64,000 nt of DNA from Octopus sinensis (Eukaryota), in NCBI RefSeq assembly GCF_006345805.1, contig NC_043011.1, positions 558,001 through 622,000 of the forward strand, read 5' to 3'. The notes under the pieces are model-generated. The model made no database searches. It was not told where the DNA came from and worked only from the letters and a program-made list of their open reading frames with translations. The position numbers and the translations under genes were made by a program. Shown here piece after piece: positions 27,792-42,513 of the stretch (the first letter of the stretch is position 1; every line of letters begins with the position of its first letter).

Positions 27792-28766
27792 ATATATATA
27801 TATATATATGTAATTAATAAAAAAATAAACGAAGTAAAAACACAGCAAGTAAAAAACAACAACGCGAGGACGTGGTACATGCAAAGTATTAAAAGACGCT
27901 GAGGGGAGGAAAGAAAGGTTACAGAGGAAAGTCCAAGAGAAGGGGATGACAGAGGGAAGAAAAATCGCCAACAACCCCCACACACACACACACACACAAA
28001 CACCCCCATACACATGCATGTATATATATATATGTATGTATGCATGTATGTATGTATGTATGTATGCATGCATGCATGTATGTGTGTATGTATATGTATT
28101 TCGGGCGATTATAGTCCCTGACAATGTATATGTATACAATTATGTGCTTTGCCTACAGCATTATAGCATTTTAGCTTTATTTCTGGCAGTGTAAGTATGT
28201 AGGTGTTTCTAATACCCAAGTCATATTTAGTGACAATTGTAACTTATTACTGGATTGATAAGATCATTTTGTGAAGACATGATTCTTGTGAACCCTCATA
28301 TGTCTTTCAAGAACCGAAATCGATTTGCAAGCCCTTTCACACACTATGCATATCGAACCACCAGTTGCTCTTTCATGGGACTTCAGATGGTTGACCTACC
28401 CAGTCTAGGAAAGGAGTACGCAACCACAAGTCTCCCCCCTCCAGCATTTCATGTTCCCGTTGAGGTTCTCTGAAGCCAGCTCTTTAGGCTTCGTGCTCAT
28501 GGTGACCTACAACTATTTAACAACCTTCCCTTACACACTTCGTCCAGAGCTTATTCTTCCCAGTTCTTTACATTGATTTGCAGATTCTTCAGGCCGCCTT
28601 TTGTGCAGTCTTCGTATATTTTGCTTTTGGTTTGTGCTGAGAACGCTTTTGTGCAGACTTTATATATTTTAATAAATCTCTGAACGAGGTATAAACAGTA
28701 ACTGCACGACAATGTGAGGGGTATTTGCAAAGGGAGGTCATCCTTTCCTCGTCAACCTAAGTGATA

Positions 28767-28811
28767 CGCACGGACTGCAGTTTCTAGGTATTGACCTGTC
28801 ATCAGCGTACG
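28767..28811 (-). ncRNA. Type I hammerhead ribozyme (left arm of palindrome 28720-28917)
   Basis: Exact reverse complement of 28827-28871. Confidence 0.88.
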
Positions 28812-28826
28812 ACAATCACCGTTTTT

Positions 28827-28871
28827 CGTACGCTGATGACAGGTCAATACCTAGAAACTGCAGTCCGTGCG
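28827..28871 (+). ncRNA. Type I hammerhead ribozyme, canonical core
   Basis: CGUACG-CUGAUGA-CAGGU(CAAU)ACCUA-GAAA-CUGCAG-UC^CGUGCG; palindromic stem III ACUGCAGU. Confidence 0.9.
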
Positions 28872-29030
28872 TATCACTTAGGTTGACGAGGGAAGATGAC
28901 CTCCCTTTGCAAATACCTTTGGGCACAGAAAGTGTGCCTAAAGCCAGCTGGAGACGATGTTCTCCTGGGGCTACAAGCTACAGTAACACCCACCCTTAGT
29001 GGTTAGCCATATTGAGATGGCAAATATCCC

Positions 29031-29200
29031 TCACTTTGTATATTTTGCTTTTGGTTTATATTGAGGACACTTTCCAATGTACATTTCATTATAGAACAAC
29101 TGCTTTGGAATCCTATTATCCATCATGTGCACAACATCGCCTGCCCAACGCATCTGTGTAGATATGATGAATGTCTGGATGCTTGTGCATCCTGCCTTTG
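29031..29200 (-). mobile_element. RTE/BovB-like LINE remnant
   Basis: QMRWAGDVVHMMDNRIPKQLFYNEM. Confidence 0.7.
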
Positions 29201-29262
29201 CATACTTACATATATACAGACATATGTACATACATATATACAGACACACATATATACATATA

Positions 29263-29670
29263 GGCGCAGGCGTGGCTGAAGTGGTACGAAGATTGCTTTT
29301 CGGAAACATTCTACGTTCAGTCCCACTGCGTGACACCTTGGACAGGTGTCTTCTACTATACCTCAAAACCAAGCAAAGCCTTGTGAGAAGATTTGGCTGA
29401 CGGAAACTGAAGCCCGTCGTATATATACAAATACACACACACACACACACACATACATCCATACATCCATACATACATGTGTACATGCACACAGACACAC
29501 ATATATGTGTGTATGTATGCGTATATAAATATATATATATATGTGTGTGTGTGTGTATGTGTGTGTGAATATGAGTCTATGCTTGTGTAACTTTGTGTGT
29601 GTTCTGTTTGTCCCCCACCAGTGCTTGACAACCAATGTTGATTTGTGTAGGTCTGATGTGGTAACTCTGT
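29263..29670 (+). mobile_element. SINE family A, diverged copy
   Basis: Head ggcgcaggcgtggctg; body similar to 25201-25618. Confidence 0.75.
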
Positions 29671-30420
29671 TAGGGCCCCTGCCATGAGTAAATTTGTATG
29701 CTTCGGGATTGCCTCGGGAAAAGGGGGCACCCCACAGACACCACAACAGATCCAGGGCAAATGAGGTTTTCCAACTCTTTAGCTGCTCATCAAAGAGCTG
29801 GTAATTCCATACAAATTCTGCACCCTGGTAACTGTCGGTCTCGGGGCGCTTGTACCAGTGCACCACAAGTGTGAAGGATGTGAGAATGGGGCTGGCTCTG
29901 TACAAAACATGCTCACTCTAATAACATTCAAAAGCTCCCTTCTTAAGTCCAATACTGTGCAGCTATGCCGAAGAGAGTCCACCTTATGCATATTCAAACA
30001 TGCATTCCTTCATTTACACCCCCCCACACACATGACAAAGCCTTTTTACTCAGGTCTCATCTCCCCTCAAGTAGCAGTAGGTGACAACGGACATAGCCTT
30101 CTCTCTCTCCTTCTTTCCCTCCTCATTCACATTATTTTAAACTCTTTTTAACCAAACTTTACTCTGCTTACTTATCTTTGATTTACTGCTTCATTCTCTT
30201 CCTTCATTTATCCTTTCTCTTAATTTCTATATCATTTTCATTCTCCAATGGCTTTTCTTTTGCACCCCTCCCCCCACCTCTCTCGCTGTTTCATTCCCGG
30301 TCATTTTTGTTCCCTTTTGACTAAATACTTCTCTCACTCCCTTCTCTCGTTTCCTCTTTTTTCCCCTCAGCTTGTCTGTGTCGATATGTCCGACTGCTTA
30401 TCTATCCATCCGTCCACCTC

Positions 30421-31012
<592 letters not shown>

Positions 31013-32192
31013 TACAAGTACCGACTCTGTTTATTTTGTATCTTACTTTAGTCTTTCCTCTTTTGTCTCCACTCATCTGTCTCGCTATAAACGTTTTTTT
31101 TTTCATGTTTCTCTCCTCTCTTTATCTGCCTCCTTTCGTTACTTTCACTATCGCCTCTTTTCCTTCTCTCTTGCGCTTTCAATTAGCCTTTCACTCTCTC
31201 TCTCTCCCTCTTACCTCATTTATTTCTCTTACACTGGCGGAATTAATTTCACGCAGTCTAAATTTCTGGTGTTACACCGTCTCTTAGTATCTTTAACGGA
31301 ATACCACGGTACACGCTTTTCTATACACAAAATATTCATTACAAATCAAGGAACTTTAAAAATGCCCGGGATAGAAAATAAAGAGAAACGGAGGTAAGTG
31401 TTCTCAGGCAACCATGTCTTTTGATTAATTTTGTTTTCTCGTTATTATTGTCATTATTTAAATTTATACTTTTTTATATCTTTTATTTCATTGGCCAGCA
31501 CTATTATTATTGTTTTGAAGAGTCGTTGGAGCGTCGCTCAAAATGCTTTGCGGTATTTCTTCCGACTTTCTACATTCTGAGTTCAAACACTCATCGAGGT
31601 CGATAAAACCCGACGAGGTCGATAAAAATGAAGTACCAGTTAAACACTGGGGTCGATGTTATCGACTAAGCCCCCTCCCATCAAAACTGCTGGCCTTGTT
31701 ATCATTCCATTTTCGGGTATCATTTCTTACTTTCTTGGGGGAAGGGGATTCATAACACGCGCTACTGGTGTTGCTTCTACTACTACTAATACTACTACTA
31801 CTACTGCAACAAACAACAACATCATCATCATCATCATCAACAACAACAATTATAATAATAGCTTCAAATTTCGGCACAAGGCCAGAACAATTATAATGGC
31901 AATGCCTTGCGATTATAAGAACAGTTGCTATAGTGGTTGTGGACGTAATAGCAGTAGTAACAGTAGAAGCAGCAGTAGTAATATAGCGGAAATATTCATC
32001 GAAGAGGGAAGAATATGTAAGACGATATATAAAAGAAAAGAGAATTCGTCTAGAGAGAAAGGATCTGAAATACAGAAAATGAAAATAAAAAAAAGGAGAG
32101 CCAGAGATTTTGGATGAGATGTGGAATAGAACAGAGATAAAGCAACGTAAAGTCGTAAGAAGCTTAGAGAACGAGAATAAAATTGAAAGGAA

Positions 32193-32264
<72 letters not shown>

Positions 32265-33175
32265 CATGAGTGTATACACACACAGACATACATATACATG
32301 TATGAAGACTTACGAACAGGGAGTGAGAGAGCGAGAAAGAAAGAGGATGGAGAGAAGCAGAATTGAACGAAATTTGGCTTACAGGACGTTGCAAGTGTCT
32401 TTGAAGAATATATATTTTCTAAATTTCTGTCTTTGTGAGACGAACACTACATGTTGCTAGTCTTGTTTTTTCTTCAATTATAAACATGTCTATAAACGCA
32501 TCTACTGCTCTTATATCAGTTTATTTATTTCATGCCAATCTTTGTGTTTGTTATTCAATTATGTAAAAACTTTGTCTGCCCTTTCTGTGTATTTCTTTTT
32601 CTTTTCTGTATAAGTTGCACAGGTAAGGAATGTTACAACACGATACAAGGATAAATAAAAATAATAATGCCATAATGAATAGTGAAATTAACGCCGAAAG
32701 CGAAAGTAGAGAAACTATTGCACTGATTGGCCATGCTTTACAGGCCGGCAAAGCTGTTTACACGGTATCGTAGCAGAATGACAGATGGATTCAGCTGGTC
32801 GAATGAACAACTATCGGACGGATTCTAAACAATGTAAATAAAAAGAAACGCAAAGAAAAGAGTCGAAATAAAACAGTGAAAGATATAAATATTGAGTAAG
32901 AGGTATACATAAAAAAAACCCCCAGAAAAAAACGTTTCGTAATATTAGTAACATTGATGTTGTGGATGGGAACCGGTGCATCGGTGAGATGTTAGTCTTG
33001 CAGGGATTTTGGACACAGCTATGAATGCGTTATTGTAGCAGTAGCTGTAATTCTTAATCATATGCACATACACGTACATACACTCGTACACACTTGCGCG
33101 TGTGTGCGTATATATATGTGTGTGTGTGTGTGATACATGCTAAAGAAAACACCTACCTATATATATCTATATCTA

Positions 33176-33318
<143 letters not shown>

Positions 33319-33519
33319 AAATTCACAGTTGTACACATATGCACATACACACAATTTATATGCGTGTATGCATATGTATGCTGACATGCATACAACCACA
33401 TATACACAATTGTATAGAGAAAACGTCAACACATCTATTGCTGTTTTCCGTTTCTCTTCCGTCTACGTAAAATAGTAACATTACTACATCTACAATTACG
33501 GTTGTAGTTGTCGCCGACA

Positions 33520-33534
33520 TTGTTATTATTATTA

Positions 33535-33604
<70 letters not shown>

Positions 33605-33702
33605 TATCATTATTATTATCATTATTATTATTACTATCATTTTTATTATTATTTTTATTATTATTATTATCATTATTATTATTACTATTATTTTTATTAT
33701 TA

Positions 33703-33760
<58 letters not shown>

Positions 33761-33783
33761 CATTATTATTATCATTATTATTA

Positions 33784-33834
<51 letters not shown>

Positions 33835-33844
33835 TATTATTATC

Positions 33845-33906
<62 letters not shown>

Positions 33907-33976
33907 CGTTGTTGTTGTTGTTGTTATTATTATTATTATTATTGGGCCAAATTTTGCAACTGTTGTTGTTATTATT
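33520..33976. repeat. (ATT)n microsatellite; (ACT)n follows at 34195-34477
   Basis: Directly visible. Confidence 0.95.
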
Positions 33977-33978
33977 GA

Positions 33979-34190
33979 GGCGGCGAGCTGGCAGAATCGT
34001 TAGCACGCCGGGCAGAATGCTCAGCGGTATTTCGTCTGTCTTTATGTTCTGAGTCCAAAAATCCGCCAAGATCGAGTTTGTCTTTCATCCTTTTTTGGGT
34101 CGATAAATGAAGTACCAGTCAAGTACTGAGGTCAATGTAATCAACTATCCACCCCCACCAAAACATTTCAGGCCTTCTGCCTATTATAGA
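33979..34190 (+). mobile_element. SINE family B (tRNA-like head ggcggcgagctggcagaatcgttag)
   Basis: Related copies at 38265-38497 and ~31520-31700. Confidence 0.8.
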
Positions 34191-34215
34191 AAAGACTACT
34201 AACTACTACTACTAT

Positions 34216-34262
<47 letters not shown>

Positions 34263-34288
34263 GTTACGGTTGTAATTGTCGACATTGT

Positions 34289-34338
<50 letters not shown>

Positions 34339-34363
34339 TTACTACTACTACTACTACCTACTA

Positions 34364-34428
<65 letters not shown>

Positions 34429-34742
34429 GTTACGGTTGTAGTTGTTGTCGACATTGTTACTACTACTACTACTACTAGAACGTCTTTCCTAAACTTTATT
34501 TTCGGTATTTCTTTTTTTTTTATATGGAAAACAAAAGTCATTAAGATCTTTGATTAAACTTTCATGATTTATGTATGTATTTCTACACGTGTAGAGAGAG
34601 AGGGAGAGAAAGAGAGAGAGAGAGATAAAAAGGGGAAATGTCTTACTTATTTGAGGAATATGGAAATATTTACAAATCATTTCCTTTAATTTTGTCTTCA
34701 ATTTAATTGTTTTCTTAATTAATAGCCACTTTTGTCTTACTC

Positions 34743-34780
34743 TTAGTTGAAAAAGTCGAAAAGAGTGAAACCGGTACTAA
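34743..34780 (+). ncRNA. Minimal type I HHR, U3-A8 variant
   Basis: UUAG-UUGAAAA-AGUCGAAAAGAGU-GAAA-CCGG-UA^CUAA. Confidence 0.75.
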
Positions 34781-34876
34781 CCGTTACAAAATGCATTTCA
34801 TGATAAAATTATTTTAGCATTTTCCACCTTGTCTTATTTTCCTTAAACATATCAACTCGTGTACTACTTTTCAAAC

Positions 34877-34907
<31 letters not shown>

Positions 34908-35140
34908 CATACATACATACATACATACATACATACATACATGCATGCATGCATACATACATAATACATACATACATACATACATACATGCATACATACA
35001 TACATGCATACATACATACATGCATACATGCATGCATGCATACATGCATACATACATGCATACATACATGCATACATACATGCATGCATGCATACATGCA
35101 TACATACATACATACATACATACATGCATACATACATACA

Positions 35141-35172
<32 letters not shown>

Positions 35173-35178
35173 CATACA

Positions 35179-35213
<35 letters not shown>

Positions 35214-35221
35214 TTTCAATG

Positions 35222-35267
35222 AAAACTGTCCGACGAACGGGAACGTGAAAATTTGAGAAGCAGTTTT
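35222..35267 (+). ncRNA. HHR-like motif (degenerate)
   Basis: AAAACUGU-CCGACGA-ACG(GGAA)CGU-GAAA-AUUU...GCAGUUUU; followed by an AATAAA tail and (TA)n. Confidence 0.5.
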
Positions 35268-35384
35268 TTGTAATGTTTTTGTCGCTTTAATAATAAAGCA
35301 TATTGCCCTACTTCCGGTTTTCGAATACTATTTTTCTCATCTTGTTTCACATCTATCTGTTTACTCTAGTAGACATATATATAT

Positions 35385-37195
35385 AATATTTCGGAATAAC
35401 CATTCTTTTTCTTTTGCCAAATAAACACACACACTATATATATTAGTTCTTCACACATTTATTACTATTCCTATTTTATTTAATGTCCATTGTCCGGAAA
35501 GCTTTCGTCACACTTATGTGACCTCTTCAGCGACCCTTTCCACCCACGTGTGCCCTCCTGCTCCGCTTAGTCCATTCTGTCCTTCTATGGTGTGTTTCCT
35601 TATCCGCGCATGCGGCTGCGTCTGTAATAACTATGTGTGTATGTGTACATGTGTGTGCGTGCGTGGGTACGCATGTTTATGTGTTTCGCATGTCTGCTTG
35701 ACCCTTACTTTCGATATTGTTCTTGTATCCCTCTGTGTCTGTGTGTTCATTCACGCTGCTGCCATCGTGGCTGTTGGTGTTCGTGTTGTTGTTGCGGCTG
35801 TTAGTAAAGTTACTGAATGTGTGTTTGTGCGTGTATATGGGCTTGCTTACTATGTTGTTTGTATCCGTACCCTTTATAGAAGTTTCTTTATTTTATTTTT
35901 TTCTTTGCTTATGTATCTCTATTTCTTATAGTTATTATAAGTATGTGCATGTTTGTTATTTTTGTGTGTTTTACACCGTTTGTATCTGTTTTTTCCCTTC
36001 CGCTTTAGTTGTCGTGTTGCGTGGTTTGTTATTGTTCCATTCGTGTTTTCTATTGAGGCTTGGTCTGTCTATTACTATGTGTGTGGCTTCTGTAATCTAA
36101 GTGTCGTGTCAGTTCTATATGTTCAACCGAACCTCTATGTTCTACCTGAGCATGTTGGTAGAGCACTGATGAGCTTTTCTTCTCTTTGAACCCCCCGCCA
36201 GTGTTCACCTATTCCCTGCTCTATATTACGTGCCGTCTCCCCTATGTAAGTTGTCTTGTTTCTGCACCGCCCTTCAGTACACCGTAAGCTATAAACTATG
36301 TTTCTAATCTTGCAGTTAACAAGTGGGTTCATATTATACAACTGTTCTCCGTACATGGGGACCTATCGAAGAGATATACTTTACTGATCAGGGATTTTAT
36401 GGGGGTTCCAGCCCTTTCTACTACTTTAATCCGTAGATTTACCTTATGCAATGCTTTTCTAAAAACGTATGCTAGTTCGCCGCCGGTGGGGAGCATCAAC
36501 GAACACGACACTCTGGTATTTTTTGTTGTCATAGCCTGAGTTGACCTTATGTATCTTTTTCATGATCTTTTTCGTGTTGTTTCAGGATTTACTCCTGTAT
36601 AGCAGGCAGATCCCATTTGCATCACTATGATAGCCTTGTGCCTAGCCCTGGCTCCTTTGTAAACGCTAATCCTGTTTCTTTGGTTGTAGCCAGATAATCA
36701 TATGCAGTGGATGAAGTGTTGTATGTGTCTTCCCAATTCTACAGGGTCGCACATGCGGGACACATTCCTTATCACTCTCACCAAGTCCACTATTAGAATA
36801 ATGAACTTGGCGTTGTCTGCAATAGCTGCGTTCTTGTGGACAAAGTATTTAGATGCCATGGGTTTGGCATCGATATTATCTTGTGGGGGATGCTTTGGTC
36901 ACTATGTTGATATCATCCACATAGCGGGAGAACATGGTTAAGATGATGGAGTTTTCTGTTAATCAGTCTTTGAGTCTCCTATCCCACCATACCATAAATA
37001 GGTTAGCCACATCGCCAGCGATACTGACACCGATGGCTGCACCTTCCTCTTGGGCGTATATGTTGTTATTCAATTTGAATTTCTGGATAATGGACATAAG
37101 ATAAAATAAGAATAGTGATAAACGAGTGAAGAACGAGTATATAGTGTGTGTTTATTTGGCAAAAGAAAACAATAATGACCACTCCGAAATATAAC
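35385..37195 (-). mobile_element. Decayed, 5'-truncated PLE with inverted terminal segment
   Basis: GIY-YIG motif NIVYSLRC..TYIGETAR..EH (36135-36356); GAAIG-like RT remnant near 37030; 35385-35498 inverted at 37081-37195; HHR at 35492-35534 (CUGAAGA-G-GUCACA/UGUGAC-GAAAGCUUUC). Confidence 0.85.
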
Positions 37196-38067
37196 GGCAT
37201 CTGTTTCAATACACAGTTTCATAACAAGAATCTTGCAACAAAAGAATCACTCAAAACCTCAGGCTCTTTGCTGTTTCTTCACTTGACGTATCTGTCTTCA
37301 TAGTGACCATCCCGAATTGGTTTTCTTTTCGGATTTTGTTTGTTTTTTTGTTTTTTTTGTTTCGTTTTTCATGCTTTATAATTCTATGCGTTTCAGGTTG
37401 GTGCATTCGCCCATTAGATTCTGTGTATTTATCTTTTTGTCACCTCTTTACCTCATAATTTTACTCGTGTTATCTGTGTGATTTTGTGGACATGTGCACA
37501 CACACACACGCGCGCGCGCGCGCGCACACACACACACACACACATATACATATAGATAGACAACAAAGTAAAAACGAATACTAAATGTAAAACTGAATGT
37601 ATGTATGTATGTATTTATGTATGTATGTATGTATGTATTTATGTATGTATGTATGTATGTATGTATGTATGAGACACATTCACACACAAATAATCATTTG
37701 TAGGATTCATTAGAATCTGGGTATTTTAACGTTCAGGACGCCGAGAAAAATCGAGTTACTCATGTACGTCGAAGTATCATGTATATATAACACAATATAC
37801 GCGTATATATACGAATACACTCACTCACACACACACACAAACACACACACACCTACATACATGCTCGCACACACGCACGCACACACACAAACACACAGAC
37901 AGACACACTCACACACACACACACACACATACATACATACATACATACTCGCACACACACAAACACACAGACAGACACTCACACACACACACACACCTAC
38001 ATACATACTCGTACACACACAAACACACAGACATACACTCACACACACACACACACCTACATACATG

Positions 38068-38100
<33 letters not shown>

Positions 38101-38264
38101 GCATGGATTTTAAAAGGTTTATAACAACTATTTAAGGGCAGGTAGTATCGCATTGAAATTTTGTGGCAGGTGCTGATGATGAGGGTTACATCTTCCACAC
38201 AGCATAGCCGATATTCTATTATAACGTAGAGGTTGAGTGGTATCTTTGTCTCTCTCGTTAATCA

Positions 38265-38497
38265 GGAGCTGGCAGAAACGTTAAGCACGCCGGGCGAAAT
38301 GCTTAAAGGTATTTCGTCTGCCGCTACGTTCTGAGTTCAAATTCCGCCGAGGTCCACTTTGCCTTTCATCCTTTCGGGGTCGATTAAATAAGTACCAGTT
38401 ACGCACTGGGGTCGATATAATCGACTTAATCCGTCTGTCTGTCCTTGTTTGTCCTTTCTGTGTTTAGCCCCTTGTGGGTAGTAAAGAAATAGGTATT
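38265..38497 (+). mobile_element. SINE family B
   Basis: Similar to 33979-34190; B box GTTCAAATTC. Confidence 0.82.
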
Positions 38498-38499
38498 TA

Positions 38500-39480
38500 A
38501 TAGCTACGTCTTATTCCTGTGTGGGATGTAATATATCTATCACAGGTTCAGGAGAGGCTGCTCTTCCTATCAATGTTGCTGTTATCCTTTAAGTTGCGGG
38601 GCATGGGCCCATACATTGCTTTTTGGTATGATGCGTGCTTCTCTCCCAAGCTTTTGTTAGGTAGGCTAGCCCCAGTCTCCTTAGGGTTGTATGAGACTGT
38701 TGTATTCTCAGAGTACCTTCTCAGCAGTTCTCTTTTGCTCTCACTTTTGAGTACGCATTTAAGTACTCGTTTCTTTCCTTATTGTTCAGTAGGAGTTGTT
38801 TGATTGCTGCAATGTGACATTCAAATGCTGTTTGAACTGACTGTATACCTCAAAGATCATTTCTTCATCTCACATAAATCCTATCGGTGTCGCCGTTGTG
38901 AAAGTTGCTAGTGGAGGTTAATATCTTTCTGGTTTTGATGCCCAGACTGCAGATCTCATCAAGTGTCCAGGTCAATATACCAAATGTTGGTACTAGCACT
39001 GGTACTGCAAAGGCATTGTGAGACAAGGTCTTGTTAAATGCATACAGCTCTGAGTTCTGTATTTTCTAGGGTCTACAGAAATACTCTTTTGTTACCTGGC
39101 TTAAGTCACAACGTCAACATATGCACATTCTTATCGACATTCCTTCCTCAATTGATTATATACACATTCTGGTCGACAGTCCTTCCTCAATTGATTATCA
39201 TGTATGCGCATCTATCTTGACCAAACTACATCCCAATGTCCCGTGAAAATTTTGTGACTAGTTCTAATTGTCTCTTGATGTTGTTCATGTTACCAGAATA
39301 TAACTTTAGGTCATCTACAAGAAATGTGTGGGTGATATTTAATTTTATTCTTTTCAGCATATCCCAGCATGTCTCGGCATTTTGCTAACAGGGCTAACAA
39401 GGGGTTCAGTGCCAGCCCAAACAACACTACAGATAAACTATTACCCGGGAATATGCCTTGTTGATAGCTTAATTCAGCTA
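38500..39480 (-). mobile_element. R4/Dong-like LINE RT remnant
   Basis: QGIFPGNSLSVVLFGLALNPL and VDDLK motifs. Confidence 0.7.
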
Positions 39481-39779
39481 CAAACAACAATTTCAAATTA
39501 TATCCTTTTTTTTTTATAACCCTAACTCCAAAATATTTTTTAAATTTTAATTTTGTCCTGATTAAATCGAGAAATACATGCATGCAGTGAATAAGTTAAT
39601 AGTGAAATATAACGAAATATATGAAGCAGAATAAGTAATAGTGAAATAAGTGTAAATACAAATGCATGTAGTATATTAAATATATATTGTTCACATATAG
39701 CGTATGATATATTTATTGATTAGATTTACTAATGAGTAAAAGGAGATAACTCATTCGATCATAAGAAATTATGAACATA

Positions 39780-40187
39780 GGCGCAGGAGTGGTTGTGTGG
39801 TAAGTAGCTTGTTTACCAACCACATGGTTCCGGGTTCAGTCCCACTGCATGGCACCTTGGGCAAGTGTCTTCTACTATAGCCTCAGGCTGACTAAAGCCT
39901 TGTGAGTGGATTTGGTAGACGGAAACTGAAAGAAGCCCGTCGTATATATGTATATATATATATGCGTGTATGTGTTTGTGTGTCTGTGTTTGTCCCCCTA
40001 GCATTGCTTGACAACCGATGCTGGTGTGTTTATGTCCCCGTCACTTAGCGGTTCGGTAAAAGAGACCGATAGAATAAGTACTGGGCTTACAAAAGAATAA
40101 GTCCCGGGGCCGAGATGCTCGATTAAAAGGCGGTGCTCCAGCATGGCCGCAGTCAAATGACTGAAACAAGTAAGAGTAAAGAGTATA
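39780..40187 (+). mobile_element. SINE family A, full length
   Basis: Near-identical to 25201-25618. Confidence 0.93.
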
Positions 40188-40874
40188 AAGACATTGGTTG
40201 AGCACTATGAAACAAAGAAAACAGCTGGCTATTGCGACCATTCTCGGACACCCACTTCAATAGGTTGTTCGAACGTATCAACCTTCGTAATTATTTTTAA
40301 GCAACAGAAATCTAAACGTACACTTATGCCCATATCTACATTGATCAACCCGGAGGTGCATGATCACGAAGCGAACTTTTGATCATACAGCCATGGCTAC
40401 ACCTTTGTTATTCTGATATCATTATTATTGCTTTAGAATCGACAGCTCAATGAGGCTGTTGCAATACTTCGTTCACTAAGCCATATGAACTTTTCTCTGA
40501 TATGAAAATACGTAAATGTGTGATACAGCGTATCAAGATTTGTTGAAGCTTTACCAACGTAGTCTCGCAATAGTTGAATAATATTACAGACAGAATATGT
40601 CTTGGATGTCATTCAAGAGTTAAGATTGTTTACTTACTGACGTAAAGTGAAAAATAATGAATGACCAACTCGCAAGGTAGAAGAGGTGATAAGTGTAAAA
40701 TAAAGATCGTTTTACATACCTATGTGGAATTTCCACAATCAAAAAGAACCAAATGCTTCGAGTCAAACACAATTTCGAAAGAAATACATTTCATGGTTCT
40801 CTACAGACTTCAAGTCATCTTTCAGTTTTCAAAATAACCGTGGAATTTTCACGAATACTGCTAGTTATTATTGC

Positions 40875-40973
<99 letters not shown>

Positions 40974-40982
40974 AGAGTGTGT

Positions 40983-41413
40983 GGAGGCGCAATGGCCCAG
41001 TGGTTAGGGCAGCGGACTCGCGGTTTCGATTCCCAGACCGGGCGTTGTGAGTGTTTATTGAGCGAAAATACCTAAAGCTCCACGAGGCTCCGGCAGGGAT
41101 GGTGGTGATCCCTGCTGTACTCTTTCACCACAACTTTCTCTCACTCTTATTTCTTGTTTCTGTTGTACCTGTATTTCAAAGGGCCGGCCTTGTCACTCTC
41201 TGTGTCACGCTGAATATCCCCGAGAACTACGTTAGAGAACTACGTTAGAGAACTACGTTAGAGAACTACGTTAGAGAACTACGTTAGAGAACTACGTTAA
41301 GGGTACACGTGTCTGTGGAGTGCTCAGCCACTTACACGCTAATTTCACCAGCAGGCTGTTCCGTTGATCGGATCAACCGGAACCCTCGTCGTCGTAACCG
41401 ACGGAGTGCTTCC
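40983..41413 (+). mobile_element. SINE family C (tRNA-derived) with 14-bp TSD
   Basis: Head ggaggcgcaatggcccagtggttag...ttcgattcc; TSD atgtgagagtgtgt at 40969-40982 and 41414-41427; internal 6x13-bp repeat at 41222-41299. Confidence 0.88.
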
Positions 41414-41597
41414 ATGTGAGAGTGTGTTAACAAGGGTATGAGCGTGGGGTTTTAAACCTTAATACTTGTACGTGTATCCTGCAAGTGTACGTATGTGCTT
41501 GCTCGTACGCACGTGTGCGTACGCTTACCTGTGTATATTTGTGAGTGTGTGTGTGTATGTGTGTCTGTTTTATGAAGTGATGTGTATTACTCATTTA

Positions 41598-41957
41598 CTC
41601 ATTTACTTGTTTCAGTCATTTGACTATGGCCATGCTGGAGCACCGCCTTTAGTCGAGCAAAGTGACCCCCGGACTTATTCTTTGTAAGCCTAGTATTTAT
41701 TCTATCGGTCTCTTTTGCCGAACCGCTAAGTTACGGAGACGTAAACACACCAGCATCGGTAAACATACAAGCGATGTTGGGAGGACAAACACAACAGACA
41801 AACATACACACATATATATACATATATACGACGGGCTTCTTTCAGTTTCCGTCTACCAAATCCACTCACAATGCTTTGGTCGGCCCGAGGTTATAGTAGA
41901 AGACACTTGCCCAAAGTGCCACGCAGTGGGACTGAACCCGGAATCATGTGGTTTGTA
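41598..41957 (-). mobile_element. SINE family A, head-truncated
   Basis: Reverse complement of the 25201-25618 body. Confidence 0.9.
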
Positions 41958-42513
41958 ATCGAGTTACATGTGCACTGTCTTTTCACATCGTCATCAGTAT
42001 TTTCTCGATTCTATGTTTTTGACAACGAGAGTCATCAACAACAGGTAGCGAGTTTCGCTAAAGGGAAAATCAGAGAAACATCTGTTAACTTTAGCAAAGT
42101 AATAGTCATAGTGAACTTTAGAGTAGAAGATAAATCAGTTAGTAACTTAAAAGAGGTGCACCGAGGAAGCATGCCTTGAATAAGGAAGCGCAATCAGGTC
42201 CTAGAGTATATTTTTAAATATTGTACTTATTTTAGTGATTTATATTTATCACAAGGCTAGGTTATGGGACATAAGCAGAGACCACTTTTGAAAATGATGT
42301 CAAACGTAAAGACAGAAATATACTTAGACACATACAAATACACAAACACACACGCACACAGACACACACGCGCGCGCGCACACACACAACTATTACTAAT
42401 ATATATCGTAAAATTCGTGTGGCTGGAACTTTTAAGTGTCTCCGGAAAACATATTTAACCAATCTGTTGAATAAACTGTCAAGCTTGTTTTTTTTTTTTG
42501 TACAAAGCGCTTG

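Noticed and set aside
41222-41299. Short direct-repeat array resembling CRISPR
   Set aside because: Contiguous 13-bp units with no spacers, inside a SINE in a eukaryotic genome
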